Source: an uncultured bacterium
Lineage (GTDB): Bacteria; Babelota; Babeliae; Babelales; Babelaceae
NCBI GenBank assembly: GCA_963848965.1
Contig: CAWKFG010000004.1
Coordinates: 192,001-256,000, forward strand
Direction: 5' to 3'
DNA length: 64,000 nt
Shown here: positions 18,691 through 27,876 of the stretch, in pieces
Layout: each line of letters opens with the position of its first letter
Position numbering within the stretch: the first letter of the stretch is position 1
Program-made: the position numbers and the translations under genes
Notes under the pieces: model-generated
Told to the model about the DNA's origin: nothing
What the model saw: only the letters and a program-made list of their open reading frames with translations
Database searches by the model: none

Positions 18691-19923
18691 ATGTTTGAAA
18701 AAATACGTGAACTTAGCCAATATTTTATAAAACTAAAATATGAGCACTATCAAAGGTATTTTATAAGAAGTACCCAACTCAAGCACAGATTTACAATTAT
18801 TTTAGGTGAACGTGGAATTGGAAAAACCACCACATTAATCCAATATCTCATGAAAACTGCCAATCATAATCCTTTGAGTGATGAAATTCTCTATGTTCAA
18901 GCCGACCATTTTTTAATTGGCAACACTTCTTTATATGAAATAGCTGAAACTTTCTGGAAGTTAGGTGGTAAACAAATTGCATTTGATGAGATTCATAAAT
19001 ACCCCCATTGGTCTTTAGAGCTAAAAAGTATTTACGACACATTTACCGATTTAAAAATAGTTGCTTCTGGTAGCTCTGCTTTAGAAATTACCAAAGGGAG
19101 CCATGATTTAGCAAGAAGAGCTGTAGTATACCATATGTTTGGATTATCGTTGAGAGAATTCATTGAATTAAAGTATACTATACAACTACCGACCTTAGAA
19201 CTTACCACTATTATTAGCGATCATACTAAGTTAGCCTTCGCTCTTATTGAAGAACTGGCACATAACAACTTAAAGATTTTAAAGCTTTTCAAGGAATACA
19301 TAGAATATGGTTATTATCCTTATTTCCAACAGTTTGAATCGATAGCCGAATTTAAGATTACCGTTGAACAAAATATCCACACAACGTTAGAATCTGATTT
19401 AGTAGCAATATACCCATATTTAACTGGAAATAGTATAAAAAAAATAAAACAATTAGTATCTTACCTTGCAGAATCAGTACCATTTACACCTAATTGGCAA
19501 ACTATAAAAAAAATTACAGAGATTGGGGATGATAGAACCATAAAAACATATTTTAAGTACCTAGAGGATGCATATATAATTTATGCTCTAGGGAGCTCAA
19601 CAAAAAAAATAAAAAAGCTAGAAGATCCTGAGAAAATTTTTCTTGCAAACACAAACCAACTATTTGCATTCGCATTTTTACAACCAGAAATAGGCAACTT
19701 ACGAGAAACCTTTTTCCTTAGTAACTTACGCCCTATCCATGATATCCAAGCAGCAAAAGATGTCGATTTTTTAGTTGATAGAAAATTCTTATTCGAGATT
19801 GGAGGAAAAAATAAAGATACAAAGCAGATCAGAGATAAAGATAGCGCTTACCTTGTTTTAAATAACATTGAGCATGGAACAGATAGACGTATCCCTCTTT
19901 GGTTATTTGGCTTTTTATATTAA
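18691..19923 (+). CDS. AAA+ ATPase (AAA_14/DUF4143-type) with C-terminal PD-(D/E)xK-like domain
   Basis: GERGIGKTT Walker A, FDEIH Walker B, SGSS, RETFF, DFLV...FEIGGK; start chosen at ATG 18691 (ORF open from 18634). Confidence 0.88.
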   Translation: MFEKIRELSQYFIKLKYEHYQRYFIRSTQLKHRFTIILGERGIGKTTTLIQYLMKTANHNPLSDEILYVQADHFLIGNTSLYEIAETFWKLGGKQIAFDEIHKYPHWSLELKSIYDTFTDLKIVASGSSALEITKGSHDLARRAVVYHMFGLSLREFIELKYTIQLPTLELTTIISDHTKLAFALIEELAHNNLKILKLFKEYIEYGYYPYFQQFESIAEFKITVEQNIHTTLESDLVAIYPYLTGNSIKKIKQLVSYLAESVPFTPNWQTIKKITEIGDDRTIKTYFKYLEDAYIIYALGSSTKKIKKLEDPEKIFLANTNQLFAFAFLQPEIGNLRETFFLSNLRPIHDIQAAKDVDFLVDRKFLFEIGGKNKDTKQIRDKDSAYLVLNNIEHGTDRRIPLWLFGFLY

Positions 19924-19975
19924 AAGATAGTTCATAAATGAGTAGAATTTTAAACATATCCTCCAAGGATTCGTT

Positions 19976-20284
19976 ATGAAACGCTTTATAGATAAATATC
20001 TGTTAGAATGGAAAAATAGTACCCTAAGAATGCCATTACTTATACGGGGTGCTCGACAGGTTGGAAAAACTCATGCTGCAAGAAATCTAGGTAAATCATT
20101 TGATGACTTTGTTGAAATCAATTTTGAACTCAACCCTCTCTCTACCATTTTTGAAAAAGATCTAGAACCTGAAAGGATTATACGCGATCTTGCCGTACTG
20201 CTTGGCCGCCCTCTTATTCAGGGCTTGCTCTTTCTCTTGAGTTTTATTCTAAAACTGACAACACTGTTGTCAGAAATTAGTTAG
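19976..20284 (+). pseudogene. 5' fragment of an AAA+/DUF4143 ATPase
   Basis: GARQVGKT Walker A; similarity to 20528..21842 ends around Walker B (~20240). Confidence 0.85.
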
Positions 20285-20295
20285 GGATCATCCTG

Positions 20296-20319
20296 CTCAA
20301 GGTTAAATTCCGAGCTCAA
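20296..20319 (+). repeat. 24-bp direct repeat, copy 1
   Basis: CTCAAGGTTAAATTCCGAGCTCAA; 22/24 identical to 21978..22001. Confidence 0.75.
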
Positions 20320-20440
20320 TGGTTTTTTATCTAATTTGATATTATTAAATCATAAGGACGAACTAGATAGCTTAAGCTCAAGATAATCCTTTACCTAGTT
20401 TCTTGTATTTTTTTGCTCAATTTTATATACTTAGTATAGA

Positions 20441-20528
20441 TTTTGACCGCGAAAGATCAAAATCATGCCCAAGTTTTAGCCCTAAATGGTTAAAATAAGG
20501 TCCAAATTTTAGCCATGTAAGGTAAAAA
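20441..20528. promoter_or_regulatory. Three 22-bp palindromic boxes TTTT(GA/AG)CC-N6-G(G/A)TNAAAA at exact 33-bp period
   Basis: Boxes start at 20441, 20474 and 20507; the last overlaps the ATG. Confidence 0.7.
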
Positions 20529-21842
20529 TGAGACGTTTAATTGATTCTTATCTTATAGAATGGAAAAATAGCTCAATCCGTAAATCTCTTATTATGGAGG
20601 GGAGCAAGACAAGTAGGAAAAACCTTTACTGTGAGAGAATTCGGCAAAACTTTTGAAAATTTTGTTGAGGTCAATCTTGAAAGTTCAGAAAAAGTAAGAA
20701 ATATTTTTGAGAAGGACTTACATCCTGATCGTATTTTAAGGGACTTAAGTTTACTAGTACAGCAAGATATTATACCTGGCAAAACACTTCTATTCCTTGA
20801 TGAAATACAAGCATCTCCTAGAGCATTTCTTTCTTTAAGATATTTTTATGAAGAGTTACCGAATCTTCATGTAATTGCTGCTGGGTCATTATTAGACTTT
20901 ACGATTCAACAAATTGGTATACCCGTTGGGAGAGTCAGTTCTCTGTATATATATCCAATGTCTTTCTATGAATTTTTACTGGCTATGAATGCAGATTTAG
21001 CAGCTGAAGCAATTTTAATTCATAACCCCAAAGATAAAATAGGAGAACCAATACACACTAAATTATTAGAATATTTAGCTGAATACCTAGCCGTAGGAGG
21101 AATGCCTGCAGCAATTAAATGTTGGAAAGATCAAAAAAATCCAAGAGAATGTTTTCAAATTCATCAATCTCTTATTGACGCTTATAAACAAGATTTTGAT
21201 AAATATGCAAAAGACTTTCAAATTAAATATCTTAAACTCTTATTTGAAAGAGCACTCTTAAAAATAGGAAAAAAATTTAAATATAGCTCACTTGGAGACT
21301 ATCGAAAAAGAGAATTAGAGCCTTGCCTAGATCTATTAGTTACAGCAGGCATAATGCATAAAATTTATAGAACAGATGGCAATGAAATTCCACTTGGAGT
21401 AGAATTCGGTTTAGATGATTTTAAAGTAATTTTTGTCGATATTGCACTCACTCAAGCTTTATTAAATATTAACTTAGCAGACTGGCTTTTGAATCCATTA
21501 CAAGATTTTATAAATAAAGGAGAAATTATTGAAGCATTTATCGGTCAAGAATTAATAGCTTATTCTGATCCTTATCAAAAAGCTCAGCTCTATTATTGGC
21601 GTAAAAATGAACCTTCTAGTCAAGCTGAAGTTGACTATCTTATACAAAAAAATAATTATGTAATTCCAACAGAAGTTAAAAGTGGAGCTACAGCTTTACT
21701 TAAAAGCTTAAAAATATTTTTAGAAAATAGGCCTAAAAGTCCCTATGGCATAAGATTTTCTATTAATGACTACTCTATACATCAGAAGGTTTATTCTTAC
21801 CCATTATATGCAGTTTATGGATTTTTACGATCAAAAGTTTGA
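20528..21842 (+). pseudogene. AAA+/DUF4143 ATPase with a single +1 frameshift near 20597 (possibly a sequence error)
   Basis: MRRLIDSYLIEWK from 20528; GARQVGKT is in the next frame; LFLDEIQ, AAGS, GGMP, AEVDYL, EVKSG motifs intact. Confidence 0.8.
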
Positions 21843-21977
21843 AGGAATCTAAGTTGAATAGCATTACGAAATTCATCATAAACTTCATAACCTATTTCTC
21901 TTCATAGCAGCAAGAATTGAATTACATTGCCTAAAGCACATCTTCTAGTAAGATTCTAAGGTTAAATATCAAGCTCC

Positions 21978-22001
21978 CTCAAGGTTAAATTCCGGGCTTA
22001 A
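21978..22001 (+). repeat. 24-bp direct repeat, copy 2
   Basis: CTCAAGGTTAAATTCCGGGCTTAA. Confidence 0.75.
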
Positions 22002-22031
22002 CATATTTGATCTAAAGTGGGCCGAAGCCTG

Positions 22032-22058
22032 TGCACTCCTAAGGAGATTCGAACTTCT
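22032..22058 (-). other. tRNA 3'-end-like fragment (possible att remnant)
   Basis: Minus strand AGAAG-TTCGAAT-CTCCT-TAGGAGT-G-CA resembles T-arm plus 3' acceptor strand; no 5' half. Confidence 0.4.
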
Positions 22059-22173
22059 ATTCTTTCTCCTAAAAAAATAACTAGAGAACTTACTTTATGT
22101 CTTTTTACTTTAATTTTTTAAACAATTATTATTATTGAGAGAATTATAATAAAAATTATAATAAAGGTGCTAT

Positions 22174-22494
22174 ATGTATCTAGTACCCATTTTATTATCA
22201 ATTTTCTTTTCTTTATCACTCTACGGTATAGAAAGAGAAGAGGCTGATCAAGTACAGCAAGTTAAACAAAAACCGCTAATACCATCATTGAATGATCTTA
22301 TATGGAGGCTTCATATTATGCGGCAACTACTAGGAATACCTATGACACTAGAAGAAATCGTAGAGCAACTACCTCGAGTAAGGATGTCAAAACTTTACTT
22401 TAAGATCTTAGATTTTTTAGAAGATCACGAGCTACGCGTAGGAATTCCATCCACAAAGAAGGAAATAGATAAAATGGCTCCTGAAAAGGGATAA
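22174..22494 (+). CDS. Secreted hypothetical protein (may extend to 22658 across frameshifts)
   Basis: Signal peptide LYG|IE; IPSLNDLI BC-box-like segment; open coding-like frames continue to TAA 22658. Confidence 0.6.
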   Translation: MYLVPILLSIFFSLSLYGIEREEADQVQQVKQKPLIPSLNDLIWRLHIMRQLLGIPMTLEEIVEQLPRVRMSKLYFKILDFLEDHELRVGIPSTKKEIDKMAPEKG

Positions 22495-22833
22495 ATGTTA
22501 TAGTAAAGTTCTAGGCCTTATGTATAATTATGGCATTATGTCTCCATGGAGCAAAAGCAAAAATTTATGATTACGCGAAACCTGCATTTGAGGAGCAATT
22601 GCCGGTGACGTATAGAACGTTAGCAAACCACCTTTTGAAGGCTTTAAAAAAGCCTTAACTGAAAGCTCAACTAAACTATTTTCTATGATAGTGCTTAAAT
22701 ATGTGATATAGCCGATCATTTGATATTCTTCTTACTTTTTTATATTTTATTGACATTTAAATATCTACTAAGGCAAATTTAAATTTATAATAGTTATAAG
22801 TAAGAACTAGACCATTTAACAAAGGAATTTATT

Positions 22834-23406
22834 ATGATCTCTTTAAACCAATGTTTAAGCCTATTTATAGTAACGTGTAGTTTCTTCCTATTACAGGGTA
22901 TAGCTCCGTACCCTTCTCATCCGTCTCCGGATACGTCTGCCCAGATTAAAAGCCTTAGCGACAATCCCATTAGACTCAGTGGTGTAGAATGTAAAGTTAA
23001 CATCGAAGATCATAGACCAGAATCATATACTGATAGTAAGATACCTAAATTTACTAATTACTTTACTCCTAAAGTTAGTTTAAACTGTTCAGGAAGCACA
23101 TATATACGTAAGGCAATTTTATTCCCTATAGATTGGGAACATTACATCAAACAAAATAGCGACTCTTTACCAGAAGCATTCAAGGAATATGCACTAGAAG
23201 AGAGACCAGAAATTCCTTTTAATGCAGTACCTTACACATCTAAGATATATCCTGGCAAAAGTTATCTTGCTCAAACTGAGGTTAGATCACTTAAAGAACA
23301 AGCCATAGACTACATTAAAAGGTATAAAGGGCAATATTTTACCATAAAGCAGTTGGAAGCTCTTGAAACTCTGCCTCAAGAACTTAAAGAAAAAATTAAC
23401 TTGTAG
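22834..23406 (+). CDS. Secreted protein with C-terminal BC/Cul-box-like module
   Basis: Signal peptide; tail SLKEQAIDYI...LPQELKEKI. Confidence 0.78.
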   Translation: MISLNQCLSLFIVTCSFFLLQGIAPYPSHPSPDTSAQIKSLSDNPIRLSGVECKVNIEDHRPESYTDSKIPKFTNYFTPKVSLNCSGSTYIRKAILFPIDWEHYIKQNSDSLPEAFKEYALEERPEIPFNAVPYTSKIYPGKSYLAQTEVRSLKEQAIDYIKRYKGQYFTIKQLEALETLPQELKEKINL

Positions 23407-24173
23407 TGGCTCGCAAGATAAGCTTTACTAATAATTACTTTCAGCAGATTAAGATTAATCGGAATGCGTTTAAGGCAAATGCTTTTGATCTGTTTGATAA
23501 AGCAATGGATTTCTTAGCCTTTTCCTTACCGGTAGCTGCTCACATTGAATCTGGAAACCCTGATCGTATTGAAACTCCTGCAATTCCTTATAGTGTTCTT
23601 CGTGAGGCTATTACTAATGCCTTAGTACATCGTGATTATAGTCATACAGGAGGATCAATAGCAATTGCCATATACGATGACCGAGTCAATATTACTAATG
23701 CTGGCTTCTTGCCTTCTGGCATTCGGATAAGCCAACTTGCTAAAGACCATCCTTCTATGCCACGCAATCCAGTAATTGCCCATGTATTTTATTTATGCCG
23801 AAAAATTGAAAAATGGGGCCGTGGTACCATCGATATGGTTGAAGATTGTAAAAGAGCGGGTAATCCGTCACCAAATTTTGAAGAGATTGGTAATCACTTC
23901 TCGGTAACATTACCATTTAAAAAACCTATCCGCAGCCTTGTACACACTAATTTAGAGCACATTGATTTAAGCAGACTAACTCCACGTCAGCAAGCAATTA
24001 TAAATGCTTTGAAAAATGGTCCTCTTAAAACGCAAGAAATCATAAAGGTCTTACACTTAAATTTAACCGATAGATCTATGCGACTAGAGCTTGCTCAACT
24101 TAAGAAAATGGGCCTAATTAAATCTAAAGGCAAAACCAAATCCTCAATATGGCTCTTGAATAACCATGAATAA
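23406..24173 (+). pseudogene. 5'-truncated HATPase_c_4 ('RecG C-terminal') + wHTH protein
   Basis: LREAITNALVHRDY, RNPVIA, IEKWGRG motifs and C-terminal HTH; usual N-terminal AlbA/Schlafen domain absent, no RBS. Confidence 0.75.
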
Positions 24174-24215
24174 TTCGGAAGTAATTCGGAAATAATTTGG
24201 AAATAATTCGGAAAT
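24172..24215 (+). repeat. Four tandem 11-bp repeats AATTCGGAAAT
   Basis: Units at 24172, 24183, 24194, 24205 directly at the stop codon of the wHTH gene. Confidence 0.85.
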
Positions 24216-24239
24216 TTTGCAAAACTTATTCACTAAAAA

Positions 24240-24803
24240 CTATGTCCAGAGGCTACCAAAATGTTTTGCAAAAAGGTCAATGCCTTCTTGAATTCTTTTT
24301 CGATGCTCCTCAAACTTATTATGATATTTCTCAAAAATTGGTCCCAAAATCTCAGATTGACGATCCCAAGCTAATGAATTTAAGGATTCATGCGGTTTAA
24401 GCCCTGCAAATCTTTGCTTATCTAATATCTCTAATTTTTTCAATTCTTTTCTGTACGGCTTTAATACCTGCGTGTATTCTTTATAATAATTTTCCACCTC
24501 TAGACCATTCCAGTCTCCGTGCTTTGCTATCCATCCAAAGGAGTAAACCATCTTGTCCAAACATAATAACCACTCATTAAATCTATCAGGGTTATCTGGA
24601 CCTTCGGGCTTTAGAGGATCAGGACCAAATGTAGCTGGATACCCAGTCATGGGATTTTTACCGTTATATAAATTTCTGTATTTTTTAAGAAAGGGATAAA
24701 TGATTCGAGCTAGAGTTACATCTCCGTTCCAAAGATCACGCCCTTCTACTTTAACTGAAACTTTATCTTTACTGTTTTTACTATATTCAATAGATACTTT
24801 CAC
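24240..24803 (-). CDS. Hypothetical protein resembling a phage-associated family
   Basis: DLWNGDVTLARIIYPFL...LDKMVYSF...IQEGIDLFAKHFGSLW pattern recalled from phage hypothetical proteins; not verified by search. Confidence 0.55.
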   Translation of the reverse strand: MKVSIEYSKNSKDKVSVKVEGRDLWNGDVTLARIIYPFLKKYRNLYNGKNPMTGYPATFGPDPLKPEGPDNPDRFNEWLLCLDKMVYSFGWIAKHGDWNGLEVENYYKEYTQVLKPYRKELKKLEILDKQRFAGLKPHESLNSLAWDRQSEILGPIFEKYHNKFEEHRKRIQEGIDLFAKHFGSLWT

Positions 24804-24873
24804 AATGAGACCCTATGCTTTACATACTATTAGCATTGAAGGCAATCCAAGATGAAGTTGATAAACGATCCTT

Positions 24874-24924
24874 TAAAGAAACTGGCTGTGCCAGGCGTAG
24901 CTCCATAGGAGCGAAGACTGGCGG
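24874..24924 (+). repeat. 51-bp direct repeat (att-like junction), distal copy
   Basis: 49/51 identical to 27877..27927, which overlaps the tRNA-Asp 3' end; contains hairpin GCTCC-ATA-GGAGC. Confidence 0.92.
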
Positions 24925-25059
24925 TACATAGTTGACGCGTTCAGGAACGGTCACGTTGAATTTGGCTTTAGGTTGCAGCATATTCAAACTATCTTTTCAA
25001 CCTTTAACTTGCCTCACCTTACAATCGAATCCTTACCTATAGATATAAAGGATTACTAA
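24919..25059 (+). pseudogene. Putative C-terminal tail of a tRNA-targeting large serine recombinase
   Basis: Open frame WRYIVDAFRNGHVEFGF...* beginning at the TGG that corresponds to the tRNA CCA; family assignment is from recalled WxxxxDxFR motif. Confidence 0.45.
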
Positions 25060-25233
25060 GAGTGACAGGCTCTTTTCAAGTTTACTGCAGTCTACGGTCT
25101 ACTCTTTCACCAAATTAGATAAGGATTTCCTTGCACCAACATAAAGAAGTTGTTAACTACTCTGAAATCAACTATGAAGCGTTTTGACTTTAGAGTATTA
25201 GAAAAATAGCTCTAAAGATAAATATCGAGCGCT

Positions 25234-26346
25234 TCATTTCTTTTCTTCTAGCAAGATTTCTTGTTTTTCAAGTTCAGCTTCAATCTCTTCAATGGTTGGC
25301 AGGCTGCTTTTGAATTCTTCGGGCAACTCATTTAAAATCTCTGTCATATATTGAGATACGCCAATCGGTGAGCGTATATTTCTTAAAGCATACTCAGCGA
25401 CAACATTATTTTTAGTCTTACATAGTAGTAAACCAATTGTAGGATTATCGTCTTTACCTTTTACCTTATCGTCAATTACTGCAAGATAGAAGTTAAGTTG
25501 ACCAATATCGCCAGGATCAAAATCTCTCGCTTTGAGCTCTATGGCTATATAACATCGCAATTGTATATGATAAAACATAAGGTCTACATAATAATCTTTA
25601 TCCTCCACTTCAAGGCGGTATTGCCTTCCTACAAGAGCAAAACCCTTACCAAGCTCAAGGAGAAACTTTTGGATATTATCTATAAGTCCTTGCTCTACAT
25701 CTTTTTCAATGTATTGCTTTTCCAAGGTCAAAAAATTAAAAATGTAAGGATCCTTGAAAGATTGTTGTGCCATATCAGATTGCGGCGTTGGTAATGTTTT
25801 TTGAAAATTATTAAGAGCTTTCCCTTCTCTATGATAAAGATTTGATTCTATCCAAATTTCAAGCATGCTCCTGCTCCAACCATGTTCTATGGCTTTTTGA
25901 GCATACCAAAATCGTTCATCAGTATCTTTTAACTTAGTTAATAAAATTACGTTGTGCCCCCAAGGTATATTAAAGATTGGGGTATCTTCAAATTGTCTCA
26001 CGGCTTGTGAGACTTTTTCATAAGCCAGGTAAAGGGCCCTCATTTTAAATAGATTCGCTCTAGAGAATCCGCCCATACCAGGAAAAGAGCTTTGAAGATC
26101 TTTAGCAAAATTCTCAATAACACTAGTCCCCCATTTTCCCTGTTTTTGCTTCTCTGCAAGAACTTCCCCAATATACCAGTAGAGCTTAATCAACTCTTTA
26201 CTTGCAGAAAGAACAGCTTTAACTTGTGCTTCTTGGATACGCTTTTTTACATCAGCCAATACTTGAGCATATTCTCTTAATTCTATACTTTTTGCATCAT
26301 TAATTGCAGCTTTGCTTCTGGCCTTCTTCGTCATAGTTTGTGCCAT
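25234..26346 (-). CDS. YhcG/DUF1016 family PD-(D/E)xK nuclease-domain protein
   Basis: LYWYIG, IPWGHN, FKDPYIFNFL, FLLELGKGF, VDLMFYH, IELK, GQLNFY motifs. Confidence 0.93.
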   Translation of the reverse strand: MAQTMTKKARSKAAINDAKSIELREYAQVLADVKKRIQEAQVKAVLSASKELIKLYWYIGEVLAEKQKQGKWGTSVIENFAKDLQSSFPGMGGFSRANLFKMRALYLAYEKVSQAVRQFEDTPIFNIPWGHNVILLTKLKDTDERFWYAQKAIEHGWSRSMLEIWIESNLYHREGKALNNFQKTLPTPQSDMAQQSFKDPYIFNFLTLEKQYIEKDVEQGLIDNIQKFLLELGKGFALVGRQYRLEVEDKDYYVDLMFYHIQLRCYIAIELKARDFDPGDIGQLNFYLAVIDDKVKGKDDNPTIGLLLCKTKNNVVAEYALRNIRSPIGVSQYMTEILNELPEEFKSSLPTIEEIEAELEKQEILLEEKK

Positions 26347-26392
26347 TCGCTTACCCCTTCTAGGATAGTTTAACTTTTTTATGATTTTATTC

Positions 26393-27055
26393 TTAGTTGA
26401 TAACTATACTCATAAAATTATTTACAGAATGGACCATTATAGGAGACCACAAAGATTGCGCTTTCTTAAATACATAACCAAATATCAAACCCATAAAAAT
26501 CATAGAACGTATTTCGCTCATTATCTCAAGAGCTCCTAAATTCTTTACCATAATCCAAATTGGAAAATGCATTATAGCAAATAAAACTGCACTAATAATA
26601 TTGGCTATCCAAAAACTCGATATCGATTCAATTTTTTGTAATAAATAGCCCCTAAAAACCACCTCCTCGCTTAACTCTACAAATATTATGCCGTTTAACC
26701 AAAAACCCACTGGTATATTAAAATTAAAAGTAATAAATCCTTTAATTAAGTAAATTATCAAACATCGTAGTGTAATTAGTATAAGCCCCGCAATGATACC
26801 TATAATCAAACCACGAAAAACATTATTATACAATTTCAAATATTTTAGAGGATTTTGCTTTAGCGTTAGCAATATGACAGGAAGTGCCCATATGATCAGC
26901 CTTACAAATAATGCCAATATATAATGACTTTTTAATAAAGTATGTGCATTTAGGTACACTTCAAATGTATGGGCAATCATGAACAATATAAAAAATATTG
27001 ATATTTCTAGTATTGTAATTTTTTTTTGATTAACTAACATGAAATCCATTTGCAT
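26393..27055 (-). CDS. CPBP (CAAX/Abi) family intramembrane metalloprotease
   Basis: EEVVFRG, FAIMH, HSVNN motifs; multiple TM helices. Confidence 0.92.
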   Translation of the reverse strand: MQMDFMLVNQKKITILEISIFFILFMIAHTFEVYLNAHTLLKSHYILALFVRLIIWALPVILLTLKQNPLKYLKLYNNVFRGLIIGIIAGLILITLRCLIIYLIKGFITFNFNIPVGFWLNGIIFVELSEEVVFRGYLLQKIESISSFWIANIISAVLFAIMHFPIWIMVKNLGALEIMSEIRSMIFMGLIFGYVFKKAQSLWSPIMVHSVNNFMSIVIN

Positions 27056-27106
27056 TATTCACCTGGTACTATTATAATATTTTGTAAATCCAAAAATATT
27101 TTGATA

Positions 27107-27763
27107 TCAGCTATCAAGCAATTTCTCGCTTTTCTGTAAGATTACACTATAAAAAGTTCTATGTGAACCGTAGCTTAACTTTTTCGCCCACGTTGATGGA
27201 TACTCTCTCAAATCATTGTACGTTAACGATTTAACATTCATAACGCTAAAACCAAGATTTTCAAGTTTTGGGATCATGGAATTTTGTAGGCATGCTTCAT
27301 TTAAGATAGGTAAATTAAGACGCTCAATCTCTTTTTTATCATGCTCTGGGTCATAACCAAAAATAACATGAACCAAAGCTTCAGTCTTACAAATTTTCTT
27401 AATGTTATTCCAAGTAAGCTCATGCGCTAAAACTATACCTTGAAGCAAAGTACCCCAAGGGAAGTTAATATAAACCTTATCGGCACTACCATTCAGCTCT
27501 CTAGGTAAGGTTTCAACAGAAGATAAGACGTATAGAACGTTAGCTAAACCACCCTTTGAGAGTTTTTTTAAAGCCTTAGCTGAAATCTCAACTAAGTTTT
27601 CGTGACAGGGATCAATACCAATAACCAGTGACTGCGGGTTTTCTTTAGCCATATGGTAAGCAAAAGAACCGTCACCGGTACCAATATCGACGATAACCAA
27701 AGGTCAATGTCATTGGTCGCTTCGATCTATTTCTACTAACTTTTTACCCTGAATAACTTTCAT
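27107..27763 (-). pseudogene. 16S rRNA (adenine-1408-N1)-methyltransferase, NpmA/KamB family; two in-frame TGA near the 5' end
   Basis: DIGTGDG, GIDP, NFPWGTLL, STWAKKL motifs; ATG 27763 gives MKVIQGKKLVEIDRSDQ*H*PLVIVDIG; remainder open from TTG 27700. Confidence 0.85.
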
Positions 27764-27876
27764 AACTTTTCTTTCTATTATAAACAGACTTTAGATTGTA
27801 TGCCAGCTGACTTGCGCGCCAAAGCTTTTAAGCGAGAGTAATGCTTTAGCCCGTGCCAGCCGCAACTTTAAACCTC

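Noticed and set aside
17058..20284. 17058 and 19976 fragments as two halves of one gene split by inversion
   Set aside because: The 17058 copy has its own N-terminus at 17589, so they are separate paralogs
20441..20528. CRISPR array from the 33-bp periodic repeats
   Set aside because: Only three degenerate 22-bp units with 11-bp gaps, no cas genes, overlap a start codon; operator-like
10698..23406. Integron cassette array among the small genes
   Set aside because: Genes are on both strands, have own promoter-like regions and terminators; no attC-like repeats or integron integrase seen
27700..27715. TGA recoding (alternative code or selenocysteine) to explain the in-frame stops
   Set aside because: TGA ends other genes at expected positions (sbcC, rsmG, potA), conserved Trp uses TGG, and the positions are not catalytic Cys sites
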